In this document: one piece after another, positions 1 through 9,084 of the stretch
Layout: each line of letters starts with the position of its first letter
How positions within the stretch are numbered: the first letter of the stretch is position 1
DNA from: Chloroflexota bacterium
GTDB lineage: Bacteria; Chloroflexota; UBA11872
Length of the DNA: 64,000 nt
Direction: 5' to 3'
Assembly: GCA_022821905.1 (NCBI GenBank)
Contig: JAJECS010000024.1
Coordinates: forward strand, 320,682 to 384,681
Notes under the pieces: generated by a model
What the model was told of the DNA's origin: nothing
The model's database searches: none
What the model saw: only the letters and a program-made list of their open reading frames with translations
Program-made: the position numbers and the translations under genes

Positions 1-793
1 CTCATTGACTGGCATCGTTCAGAAAAGCGACGACCTCTCGGAGTCCGACCGCATGGAAACACGAATCGCAGATCAGCACCGCCGGTGCATTGACCACTGG
101 AATACTTTTCTTGACGCCCTGCCTGAGGATGAGGTTTCACTGCCGTCATTCCCGATATGGGGGGACGAGATAGACGCAAACTATTCATATGAGGAAACTA
201 CCCCCTGGGCTCAACTGCTCGCTGCGACTGCTGGCCTAGAGCACAACTTGAATGGGAACGTCTCTTCTAGGGAAGACTTCGAATCCCTTCCGAGCTACGC
301 GCGGAGAGAGGTCGTCGAGTTTCCAGATTGGAAGGTTCGGTTCATCAGGTCAAACCGTGATTGGTTCGCATCAATTCGTGATGAACTTTCACCAGAGTGG
401 CTCACTAGCCTTCGCACGTTCCCCCCGTCTCTCCGAAAGCTTGAGTGGAATTGCCAAGGCGAAGAGAGAGATCTCTGGAAGCACATCCTGCAGTTCAGGC
501 CCTCCGGGCTACGCGTCAAGAGGTACGCAAACAGCCCGTCGCTGGTCGCGATGACCAGCACACAGATTCCTATACTCGGGCCCGAACAGCGACACCTATC
601 CAGGATCGAAGGGCTGCGACTACAGGGCTTCAAAGACAACTTTCGTATTCCGGAGTCTAGGACGGAGACATTCAAGGCGCTTGGGAATGCGGTACATGTG
701 GACGTCGTATACGAGATTGCGAAGCGACTTTTGCGCGGAGAAGAGACCAACGTGGCGCCCGCAAAAAACCCCTCAGGTGCGGGTGCGAGCTAG
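1..793 (+). CDS. dcm: DNA (cytosine-5)-methyltransferase, C-terminal part; 5' end lies outside the window
   Basis: The C-terminus matches C5-MTase motifs IX/X, with ...LRLQGFKDNF...ETFKALGNAVHVDVVYEIAKRLL (ENV/QxxGN[AS]V motif X and the RLQGFPDxF box). The reading frame is open to the window edge. The stop TAG lies at 791-793. Confidence 0.75.
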   Translation, partial: SLTGIVQKSDDLSESDRMETRIADQHRRCIDHWNTFLDALPEDEVSLPSFPIWGDEIDANYSYEETTPWAQLLAATAGLEHNLNGNVSSREDFESLPSYARREVVEFPDWKVRFIRSNRDWFASIRDELSPEWLTSLRTFPPSLRKLEWNCQGEERDLWKHILQFRPSGLRVKRYANSPSLVAMTSTQIPILGPEQRHLSRIEGLRLQGFKDNFRIPESRTETFKALGNAVHVDVVYEIAKRLLRGEETNVAPAKNPSGAGAS

Positions 794-799
794 AGGAGT
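793..799 (+). promoter_or_regulatory. Shine-Dalgarno sequence (AGAGGAG) for the GHKL ATPase gene
   Basis: The motif 'agaggag' sits 5 nt upstream of the ATG at 804 and directly follows the dcm stop codon. Confidence 0.45.
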
Positions 800-803
800 T
801 CGG

Positions 804-2375
804 ATGGTGGCGTCAGAGAGTCAGGAAACGATAGACATTCGACCAGCAGTCAGCGTCTACGCAACCTACAGAAGGCTGAGTTACAAGCCATGGTACGCCA
901 TTGCTGAGTTTGTAGACAACTCTACACAGAGCTACTACGACCATCGAAGTGAACTCGTCGGGATGTACAAGCTAGGCGAAGACCCCGGAAACTTGCGGGT
1001 CGAGGTGGCCTATGACAGCGAGAGAAACGCGCTCACTATCGTGGACAACGCGCATGGGATGGAGATGGATGAACTCACTAGAGCGGTTGTACTTGATAGT
1101 CCACCTCCAAATCCAACGGGACGTTGCGAGTATGGCATGGGGCTAAAGACGGCCGCCTGCTGGTTTGGCACGACTTGGACGATTCGTACCAGCAAGCTAC
1201 GCTCCAATAGGGAGTACACGGCTCGTGTGCATGTCCCAGAGCTGGTAGACAGTCATCTGGACAGCATCGCTGTAGAGGTCGGTCCTACCAAGCCGGAGAC
1301 ACACTACACGTCTATCACCATTGAGGGTCTCTACAAGCCAATCCGCGGAAAGACTCAGAGCCGCGTGAAGGACCAATTGGGCAGCATGTACCGAGAGGAC
1401 CTCCGCTCAGGAGAGATCGAGATCCTATGGAATGGCGAACCCATCTCATACGAAGAGCCCAGATTCCTCGAAGAGGACCTAGGCAACGGCGTCAACAACG
1501 TATGGAAGAAGAGCTTCACCATCGATGTGCCCTGGGAGTCTGACCGGTCGACACTGCACGCCACAGGGTGGGTTGGGGTGAGGACACCAGGAAACCAAAG
1601 AGATTCCGGGTTCGCCTTGCTGAGGCGTGGGCGGGTCATTGTGGGCGGACCGGGCGAAGGCTACAAGCCAGCCGAGGTTTTCGGCCAAGGAAATACATTC
1701 CGCTCTCAGCGTCTCGTCGGTGAGATCAATATGGATGCTTGGCCGGTTACCCAAGCGAAGGATGCGTTCGACTGGTCCGGGGGGCTAGAGGATGACTTCA
1801 TCGAGCAGCTAAAGCGGATATGCCAAGACTATATGGACAAGGCCGAAGGCCATAGAGAGCCCGGCAAGCCTATCACTCAGCCAGTGATGGAGGTGGTATC
1901 AGAACCTCTGAGAAAGGTCTTCTCTGACCAGAGGTTCAGCAATGCAGTGCACGACGAGATCAGGATCCCTGATCCTCCGAAGACTGAGGAGGCAGAGCGG
2001 GCCGACACTGAAATGATACGAAGTGCTAGCAACGGTCCAGTCTCGTATCGTCTAGAGGTAGGGGCAGAGGTCTGGCTCTTCAGGCTCCACTGGCAAGACC
2101 AGCTCAGTGACGCCCATTGGATGCAAGTGAGCGTTAGCCGTGAGAACGAGATTGATATCTTTCTCAACACTGCCCATCCCTTCCTAGCGCCATATGTTTC
2201 CAATCGAGACTCACTTGCCCTACTTCAGAAATTCGTCCTTTCCCTGGCATTGGCCGAGCGTATGGCTCTTCAAATCTCGTCGAGTGGACTCGTAAGCCCT
2301 AGTGACTTTCGAATGTACATGAACAAAGTTCTCAGGCGGGCTGGCGAGATTGAGGTCGAATATGGTCGAGCCTAG
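804..2375 (+). CDS. GHKL-superfamily ATPase (HATPase_c_3 / MORC-MutL-like)
   Basis: Bergerat-fold boxes are present: N box IAEFVDNSTQSY, G1 LTIVDNAHGM and G2 GMGLKTAA. The provided ORF track starts at 681 (MGMRYM...), overlapping the dcm stop; the ATG at 804 with a strong RBS is more plausible. Confidence 0.7.
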   Translation: MVASESQETIDIRPAVSVYATYRRLSYKPWYAIAEFVDNSTQSYYDHRSELVGMYKLGEDPGNLRVEVAYDSERNALTIVDNAHGMEMDELTRAVVLDSPPPNPTGRCEYGMGLKTAACWFGTTWTIRTSKLRSNREYTARVHVPELVDSHLDSIAVEVGPTKPETHYTSITIEGLYKPIRGKTQSRVKDQLGSMYREDLRSGEIEILWNGEPISYEEPRFLEEDLGNGVNNVWKKSFTIDVPWESDRSTLHATGWVGVRTPGNQRDSGFALLRRGRVIVGGPGEGYKPAEVFGQGNTFRSQRLVGEINMDAWPVTQAKDAFDWSGGLEDDFIEQLKRICQDYMDKAEGHREPGKPITQPVMEVVSEPLRKVFSDQRFSNAVHDEIRIPDPPKTEEAERADTEMIRSASNGPVSYRLEVGAEVWLFRLHWQDQLSDAHWMQVSVSRENEIDIFLNTAHPFLAPYVSNRDSLALLQKFVLSLALAERMALQISSSGLVSPSDFRMYMNKVLRRAGEIEVEYGRA

Positions 2376-4512
2376 TCGGACTATCGGGATCGATCCGTTA
2401 CCGGCGGCAGTGGCGTTGTGGGGACCGTCAATCGATGGCGAGGAAATCCGACGCCTTAGAAGTCGATACCAAGAGCGTGTCAGCGAAGAGGATTGGGACG
2501 ATGTTGTAGAAACTGCGGCGTTCATTTTGGGTCGGTGCCCGGCACCGACCGACAACGACCGGAGAGTCACTGGGCTGGCACTAGGCAAGGTTCAGAGCGG
2601 CAAGACTCTCTCCTACACATGCCTTGTTGCGTTGGGCATAGACAATGGCTACCGAGTTACGGTGGTGCTAGCCGGAACGAAGAACCCGCTCTTGGAGCAG
2701 AACTTCACACGGCTCTATAACGACCTGGAAGCCAGACGACCGAGTCTGACCCCTTTCAGGAATCCAATCCCCCAAGATGCGGAGGTCATCAAGAGCGTAC
2801 TCCACGGTAGTGGTCACGCAATGATTGTATTGCTAAAACATCGCAAGCGCCTTGAAGACGCTAGGCGCCTTCTGGCAATCCCAGAGCTAAGGAGTTGCCC
2901 AATCCTCATCATTGATGATGAGGGAGACGAAGCGTCCCTCAACACCCAGTTCCGCCGCGGACGACGGTCCGCGATTTACGAGAGCATCCGTAGGCTAAGG
3001 GGTGCGCTCCGGGTCCACGCCTACGTGGCGTACACCGCAACTCCTCAGGCGAACCTTCTGATATCAGGAATCGATGGCCTCTCACCCGACTTTGGCGCTC
3101 TCGTTGAGCCGGGAAAGGGATACTGTGGCGGAGCTACCTTCTTCGGCTCAGATCGCGATCAATACATCAGAACCGTGCCTTTGGCAGAGTCCGAAGACGA
3201 GCAGGCTTGGGGAATTCCAAATGGCCTCAGGCAGGCTATCGCAACCTTCTTGGTCGGTGGTTCGATCCGCCACCTACGAGAGTCGAACGCATGGCACTCG
3301 ATGCTCATTCACAACAGCAACCTGCGCGCCGACCACGAGAGACTTCAGACGGCGATTCGAAACCTCGTTGAGCTTTGGCGCGAAAGCCTCAGCCTGCCGG
3401 ATTATGACCCTGCCACCCATGAACTTATAGCACTGATGCGCGCGGCCTACGATGACTTGTGCTCCACGGTACCTGATCCCCCGACTTGGGAAGATGTTCG
3501 TCAGCGATTGCGTGATGAGGTCTGGCTCGTCGAGGTGTGGATGGTCAATAGCTTGCCTCTAGGACGTGATCCCATTGGGACACCGTTCAGGCTAAAGAAC
3601 AACATCCTCGTCGGAGGCAACATGCTTGGCCGAGGCGTCACCATCGAGGGCCTCGCGGTCACGTACATAACTCGTCGAGCTAAGAATGAGACTAACGCTG
3701 ACACCATGGAGCAGCGAGCGCGATGGTTTGGCTACAAGAGGGACTATCTTGACGTTTGCCGCATATTCGTAACTGCTCAGCTTCGGGACGACTACACCGA
3801 GATCTTGAGGCACGAAGACGATTTTTGGGAAGCTCTCCGCCGTAACCAACGGCAACGACTGTCTATCCGTGAGTGGCCTCGTATGCTCTCGCTGGATATG
3901 AACTTGGGACTCAAGCCGACTAGGTCACACGTAGCGAACTATCGGCGATTCCGAGGCGGCGGCTGGGACATACAGAACCGCCTCATGGAGAATGAGGCCG
4001 TAGCTAGGCGAAACGTTCGAAAGGTCAGGGCGTTCTTTGCCCAGCGCGAGACGGCGGTCGTCAAATGGTTTGGGAACGTTGCACACCTTGTTGTCGAGGA
4101 CTGCCCAACTGAGGAGGCTGTATCACAACTACTGGCCAACATCGAAGCAGACGGGACAGACTGGGATTTATCCTATACGAGTGAGTACTTGGCACGACTG
4201 CTGCTAGCAGGGGTTCTCCCCCATCTCGACGTTGTATTCATGTCGAGCGGCCAGACACGAGAGCGGACCAAGCGGCAGGGGCGAGTCAACCCAATGCAGG
4301 GTCGCACGCCGGATCGGGACCCTTCTGATCCTGCCTACTACCCCGGGGACGAGAATATTCACGCGGGCCGGGTACAGCTCCAGGTACACGTGATTAGAGT
4401 TCGCGGTGATGGACTGAATCACACCGTCCAGACCACCGCACTAGCCCTCTTTGTGCCGAGCGACGATCCGCGCCTTGACCTCCGATACGTTGTCCGGGAT
4501 GAGAGTCAATGA
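2350..4512 (+). CDS. Z1-domain P-loop NTPase (putative restriction-type enzyme component)
   Basis: The Walker A motif GKVQSGKTLSY is typical of Z1 domains (PF10593-like). Walker-B-like ILIIDDEGDEAS is present. The gene overlaps the 3' end of the GHKL gene (an alternative start at 2362 is possible). Confidence 0.7.
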   Translation: MRSNMVEPSRTIGIDPLPAAVALWGPSIDGEEIRRLRSRYQERVSEEDWDDVVETAAFILGRCPAPTDNDRRVTGLALGKVQSGKTLSYTCLVALGIDNGYRVTVVLAGTKNPLLEQNFTRLYNDLEARRPSLTPFRNPIPQDAEVIKSVLHGSGHAMIVLLKHRKRLEDARRLLAIPELRSCPILIIDDEGDEASLNTQFRRGRRSAIYESIRRLRGALRVHAYVAYTATPQANLLISGIDGLSPDFGALVEPGKGYCGGATFFGSDRDQYIRTVPLAESEDEQAWGIPNGLRQAIATFLVGGSIRHLRESNAWHSMLIHNSNLRADHERLQTAIRNLVELWRESLSLPDYDPATHELIALMRAAYDDLCSTVPDPPTWEDVRQRLRDEVWLVEVWMVNSLPLGRDPIGTPFRLKNNILVGGNMLGRGVTIEGLAVTYITRRAKNETNADTMEQRARWFGYKRDYLDVCRIFVTAQLRDDYTEILRHEDDFWEALRRNQRQRLSIREWPRMLSLDMNLGLKPTRSHVANYRRFRGGGWDIQNRLMENEAVARRNVRKVRAFFAQRETAVVKWFGNVAHLVVEDCPTEEAVSQLLANIEADGTDWDLSYTSEYLARLLLAGVLPHLDVVFMSSGQTRERTKRQGRVNPMQGRTPDRDPSDPAYYPGDENIHAGRVQLQVHVIRVRGDGLNHTVQTTALALFVPSDDPRLDLRYVVRDESQ

Positions 4513-5501
4513 GCCTCGCCACGCTTTTCTCAGAGCTGAAAGATAGGCCATCTGGCCATGCTTTTACCGTAGCCCGAGTATCCGAACATCAGGAGGTTCT
4601 CCTGGGTGTTGATACGACCGGTCACCCAGTTCTATTTGTTCTAGCTGAAGCAGGAGATGTTGAGCCTCCTCTGCGTACCGAGAGAATCTCTCTTCACATC
4701 GGGCAAAGCTACCTCTTGGCGGATATTGATGACTCCCGCAGCGTTGAATTACTGCACGCTCTGCGATGTGAAACCTCTGCGTCAGCCGACGTCGAGACAT
4801 TTCTCCTGCTGGCAGACGCCTTCCTGGCGCGCCAGCAGGAGAGTGGGGCGAACCGACAATCTCTAACGTCGTTCTTTCGCTCTATGGTCCGACTATTCGC
4901 AGTTGCGCCGGCCAAGGATCTCCAGGCAGAGCGACGCGGACTGTGGGGTGAACTGTTTATGATGAGCCGTGTGCGAGGCTTTCGATTCTGGGCACCCTTC
5001 TGGCACAGCGAAGTTTCGCGACGCTTCGATTTCTCTTGCGGTCGCAATCGAGTCGAAGTGAAGATCACGACACGTCCAGAGCGCACGCATCACTTCTCAC
5101 ATAGGCAGATTTATGCCATCGAAGGAGAAGAGATTGTTGTCACATCCATACTTGCGACGGAGGACGACTCTGGCCTTAGCCTACGGCAACTCATCGAAAA
5201 ATGTAGAGCTGCTCTAATGGGAACACCCGATTACCTGAAGCTTGAGAGAGCAGTGCGTCGGGCCGGTATGGAGTCCTCAACAGAAACGGGGCCCGTTATC
5301 GGCGTCGCCGAAGCAGAGGAAGGCCTCGCCTGGTTCCGATCGAGGGATGTCCCGCACTTTCTGGTGCCGGAGCCTCCAGGCGTCACGGAGACCCGCTACA
5401 GAGTGGATCTGTCGACAGCGCCACGACTTACGACCGTGGAGCTCGACGAGTGGCTGCATCATTGGCCCCTAGCGGATTTTCCCAAAGCAGTGAACTGGTA
5501 A
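4509..5501 (+). CDS. PD-(D/E)XK nuclease-fold protein (DUF4420-like)
   Basis: The ATG overlaps the Z1 stop (ATGA). A candidate catalytic core is GLWGELFM...RFDFSCGRNRVEVKIT (D...E-V-K). Confidence 0.55.
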   Translation: MSLATLFSELKDRPSGHAFTVARVSEHQEVLLGVDTTGHPVLFVLAEAGDVEPPLRTERISLHIGQSYLLADIDDSRSVELLHALRCETSASADVETFLLLADAFLARQQESGANRQSLTSFFRSMVRLFAVAPAKDLQAERRGLWGELFMMSRVRGFRFWAPFWHSEVSRRFDFSCGRNRVEVKITTRPERTHHFSHRQIYAIEGEEIVVTSILATEDDSGLSLRQLIEKCRAALMGTPDYLKLERAVRRAGMESSTETGPVIGVAEAEEGLAWFRSRDVPHFLVPEPPGVTETRYRVDLSTAPRLTTVELDEWLHHWPLADFPKAVNW

Positions 5502-5506
5502 GCACG

Positions 5507-6211
5507 GTGCTTCAGCTAGATCAACGGCCGAAGACGGGCTGTAAGCGGAAGATTAGCCAAGAACTTGCAACCACCGTTGTGAGTTGGTTTCGCTGTAATG
5601 GACGGGATTTCCCTTGGCGCGACACCAAAAACCCGTTCCACATCCTCATAGCTGAAGTCTTGCTACGCCAGACCCAGGCGCCTAGAGTGGTCGCACCATA
5701 CGTCCACCTCGTTACCACCTACCCTGATCCTGCTTCTCTAGCCACGGCAGATGTAGATGGTCTTCGTCAGTGGTTTAGGCCTCTCGGTCTAGTTCGGCGT
5801 GCCGATAGCCTCGTCGAATGCGCGCATCGACTGCTGCGAGACTTCCGAGGGCAAGTGCCACAAGACCTGCGGGACCTCCAGTCGCTTCCGGGCATCGGTA
5901 GGTACAGCGCACAAGCAACCCTTTGTATGGCTTTCAATTATTCGCTGCCGATAATCGACGAAAGCTCGGGCCGGGTCCTTCGCCGCGCCCTCGGACTCTC
6001 AGATACTGGCCCAGCATACCGCGACATTCGCCTCATAGAGATCGCTGGACGAGTCGTACCCGACAGTCATCCACGGGACTTCAACTTGGGCCTCCTCGAT
6101 ATAGGGGCGGCCTACTGTCACCCAAGAACACCCGACTGTCTTGAGTGCCCTCTATTGGAGCGCTGCATAGTCGGCTCACAAAAAGCCGGTATCATGAGGC
6201 TACAAGTCTGA
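5507..6211 (+). CDS. HhH-GPD DNA glycosylase with a 4Fe-4S cluster (EndoIII/MutY/Mig family); candidate T:G mismatch glycosylase
   Basis: The N-terminus has the MutY/Nth signature SWFRCNGRDFPWR...HILIAEVLLRQTQ. An HhH motif LPGIGRYSA is present. The C-terminal Cys ligands are C-X6-C-X2-C-X5-C (CHPRTPDCLECPLLERC). A GTG at 5507 lies just after the preceding stop; the ORF track's ATG at 5450 would overlap by 52 nt. Confidence 0.7.
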   Translation: MLQLDQRPKTGCKRKISQELATTVVSWFRCNGRDFPWRDTKNPFHILIAEVLLRQTQAPRVVAPYVHLVTTYPDPASLATADVDGLRQWFRPLGLVRRADSLVECAHRLLRDFRGQVPQDLRDLQSLPGIGRYSAQATLCMAFNYSLPIIDESSGRVLRRALGLSDTGPAYRDIRLIEIAGRVVPDSHPRDFNLGLLDIGAAYCHPRTPDCLECPLLERCIVGSQKAGIMRLQV

Positions 6212-6295
6212 CAACAGATGGACCGCCAGCTAACACAAACTTCAGCGACTGAACGTACACGTCGATCAATGTCGAGAGGAAACTTATTCTCCTAA

Positions 6296-6302
6296 AGGAA
6301 GG
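6296..6302 (+). promoter_or_regulatory. Shine-Dalgarno sequence (AGGAAGG) for the ParB-like gene
   Basis: The motif 'aaggaagggaac' lies immediately upstream of the ATG at 6311. Confidence 0.4.
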
Positions 6303-6310
6303 GAACGATC

Positions 6311-7438
6311 ATGCCTTTGTCCCACACAATTGAATTTCTCACTCTGGACGAACTTTCCTTAGACCCCGGCAACCCACGATTGGCCCTTCCCCGTACCGAC
6401 CCGCCCGTCACTCAGGAGCGCGTATTGGAGCTAATGCGCAGCTGGAATCTTGAGGAATTAGCTGTCTCATTCCTTGAAAGCGGCTTTTGGCCCCAAGAGG
6501 CTGTGATCGTAGTGAAAGAAGAATTGCACGGTAAGCCTGACACGTTGGTAGTCGTGGAAGGTAACCGCCGAATCGCCGCCCTCAAATGCCTTAAGCAAGC
6601 ATTCGATGGAAAAGCCCCTTCCAGGAAATGGCGCACATTAGTAGAAGGAGCCACATCCAATAGTGAGCTATTTTCAAGAATTCCTTACATCCTTGCCGAC
6701 TCCCGTGCCGACGTCACTGCCTATCTTGGCTTCAGACACGTGACAGGAATAAAGCAATGGGAACCAACTCAAAAGGCCGAGTTCATCGCGACCATGATTG
6801 ATGATTTGGGGATGACTTACGATTCAGTACGCAAGCAGATTGGAATGCGGACCGATACGGTGCGCAGAAACTACATCGCCTACCGCATCGTCAAACAGAT
6901 GGAAGCACTAGACATAGACGTCTCGGAGCGGGGAGTTGAGAGCAGGTTCAGTGTGCTTTTCCTGTCTCTTAGAGAAGAAGGTGTGCGTTCTTTTCTGGGA
7001 ATAGACATACAGTCTGATCCTGGCAACGCTCAACTCCCGGTACCAGAAGAAATGAAAGACAGCTTATCAGACTTCGCCAAATGGATGTTCGGTACAGACC
7101 AACAGCGCCCCCTCTTTGCTGACTCCAGATATGTGGGCAGTTTAGCCCGAATCCTGTCAAGCCCCGAGGCTGTCGATTATCTCAGGTCATCGCCCGTGCC
7201 CAGCTTTGATGTAGCTCTCCAAAAGGCTGGAGTCGAAGACGAGGAAATCGAAAGTCAACTCAAAGAAGCCAGCAACCAAATGGAGTTAGCTCTGAGCAAA
7301 GTACATTTGCACCTTGATTCCGAAGCAATTCAAAAGGCAATGGTGCGACTTGCATTGAACGCCAAGGAGCTTGTATCTAAGTTTCCATCCATTGCTAACA
7401 CAATTGGACTGAGAACAGGTGACAATAGCAATGCTTAG
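6311..7438 (+). CDS. ParB/Srx-fold N-terminal domain protein with central HTH
   Basis: The N-terminus reads LDELSLDPGNPRL...VVVEGNRRIAALKCL (ParB box-II-like G-N-R-R). An HTH-like segment is TQKAEFIATMIDDLGMTYDSVRKQIGMRTDTVRRNY. No ParA partner lies nearby. Confidence 0.55.
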   Translation: MPLSHTIEFLTLDELSLDPGNPRLALPRTDPPVTQERVLELMRSWNLEELAVSFLESGFWPQEAVIVVKEELHGKPDTLVVVEGNRRIAALKCLKQAFDGKAPSRKWRTLVEGATSNSELFSRIPYILADSRADVTAYLGFRHVTGIKQWEPTQKAEFIATMIDDLGMTYDSVRKQIGMRTDTVRRNYIAYRIVKQMEALDIDVSERGVESRFSVLFLSLREEGVRSFLGIDIQSDPGNAQLPVPEEMKDSLSDFAKWMFGTDQQRPLFADSRYVGSLARILSSPEAVDYLRSSPVPSFDVALQKAGVEDEEIESQLKEASNQMELALSKVHLHLDSEAIQKAMVRLALNAKELVSKFPSIANTIGLRTGDNSNA

Positions 7439-8348
7439 ACATCCCGCTGGATTTCTTCAATCCGTCCGTGACCAAAACACATCAGTGTTCCTCGACTGGT
7501 TGGAGGCGACTAACCTGTTCTTGGAGGAAGAACTCTCCCAAACTGTAGTCGTCGACCACCTGATGCAGGAACAGATTTTTCAAGACCAAGACAGTGCCTA
7601 CACGTTTGTCGCGGCCGCGTGGTCCGCTCTAGATAGGCGCTTGTCCTGGCTAGGATCGCACACACCCATCGTCTTCAAGGACAGATGGATGATCAGGCAG
7701 TTGGATTGGCAAGATGTCCCCGCCCATAGCTACTGCCTGATCGTATCTCTCGGTTCTCAATACGAAGATTGGCATGCCACGTTTGGGCCTAGCTACATTA
7801 AACAAGGTTGCTTGTTTGAGTCGATTACAAGTGCAGCGATGGAGTCCAGGTTTCGCGGGTGGACATTCCTTCAGACTGGGTGGAGCAGAGACAACGCCTC
7901 CAAGCTCGCCGAAGTCATCGATGACCTGGTGTCGGACATCGACGAACGGAAGGGAAATCCCGACGTCTACCTTGACGAAGACGCTAAGGATGCCGGAGTC
8001 GATTTGGTATGGCATCTGCGATTCACCGATGCCCGAGGTGGTGCGCCGATATACCTTGCGCAATGCGCCAGCGGCAAGAACTGGGTCGACAAGGTTAACG
8101 AGCCCAACATCAAGGAGTGGACTAAGATTGTCGACTTCGCGGTACCACCCAGTAAGGCATTCTCGCTTCCCTTTTCCCTTAGCGAATCGGAGATGCGTCG
8201 CCAGAGCAACCGAGCCGGTGGTGTAATGGTCGATAGATACAGGCTTCTTGCACAAGATGGCTCCGAGAGTACGTGGCTTCCTGGCCCATTACGCCATAAA
8301 TTGATTGACTGGCTTGATCAGAGGATAGACTGGATCATAGGCGAATAG
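7419..8348 (+). CDS. hypothetical protein, translationally coupled to the ParB-like gene
   Basis: The ORF is 309 aa and its start lies 20 nt before the upstream stop. It has normal amino-acid composition and no domain I can name with confidence. A possible nuclease-like segment is DAGVDLVWHL...IYLAQCASGKNW. Confidence 0.5.
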   Translation: MTIAMLRHPAGFLQSVRDQNTSVFLDWLEATNLFLEEELSQTVVVDHLMQEQIFQDQDSAYTFVAAAWSALDRRLSWLGSHTPIVFKDRWMIRQLDWQDVPAHSYCLIVSLGSQYEDWHATFGPSYIKQGCLFESITSAAMESRFRGWTFLQTGWSRDNASKLAEVIDDLVSDIDERKGNPDVYLDEDAKDAGVDLVWHLRFTDARGGAPIYLAQCASGKNWVDKVNEPNIKEWTKIVDFAVPPSKAFSLPFSLSESEMRRQSNRAGGVMVDRYRLLAQDGSESTWLPGPLRHKLIDWLDQRIDWIIGE

Positions 8349-8399
8349 GAGACTTGCTATGACCTTCGTTCAACTGTGACGAGCACGTCCACCAGACAA

Positions 8400-8560
8400 T
8401 CCTGGAAGAGCGCTGCCGGCCCACATTCAAACGTGCCTTGATTCCCCGATCCACCGCCCTGCGAGCCGATCCGGCGCGGAATCTCCAATACTACAACCAC
8501 GACCGGGCTCACACCGGACGCCGGGCCCAAGGCCGCGCCCCGGCGCAGGTCTTGGGGGGC
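8400..8560 (+). pseudogene. transposase C-terminal remnant (IS481/IS3-type integrase core tail)
   Basis: Translation gives ...LQYYNHDRAHTGRRAQGRAPAQVLGG, the conserved Y-N-x-x-R-P-H...TP-A-x-V tail of DDE transposases. Only about 50 codons remain and the upstream part is absent. It sits exactly at the GC transition. Confidence 0.5.
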
Positions 8561-9084
8561 CGCAGCGGCCGCAGAGATGAGTGCCGCCAATCGCTACATC
8601 TCGGGAAGAGGACACCCTAGTCCGATTGATTACCCCTTCGACAAGCTCAGGACGAACGGATTGGGACAGAGCCGACCGGCTTCTTCAGGCCATTCCGAGC
8701 CACCAACGCATCTGGCGACCCGCCAGATGCGGCGAAGGTTCGCGTCGGCCTGGCCGCGCGTCCGACCGGCGACGGCGCTGCTGGGCCGGCAAGGAACGCC
8801 TGACGGCTCCGCAGGCCGCGGCGAAACGGCCCTTCCGGCATCGCGCGTTACATCGCCGAACTCATCGTCTCGCGGCCCGACACCGTCGCCTCGCAGAAAG
8901 GGACATTCCGAGACACGTCGAACCCGGGCGAATACTCCGTGCGAGTAGTTTCCCGACAAAACGATCAGGTTCACGTCGTGTAACTATTGTGACGATCCCT
9001 CAATTCTCCCCACAATCTGTGCCGTCTCCCGCGGGCAGGCCCCCTGCCTGCTCGGTGCCTACCGCTTGCCGGACACCCCGCAAT

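Noticed and set aside
681-803. An upstream extension of the GHKL ATPase ORF (MGMRYMW...) overlapping dcm
   Set aside because: It overlaps the dcm 3' end by 113 nt. The ATG at 804 with a GAGGAG RBS is a cleaner start.
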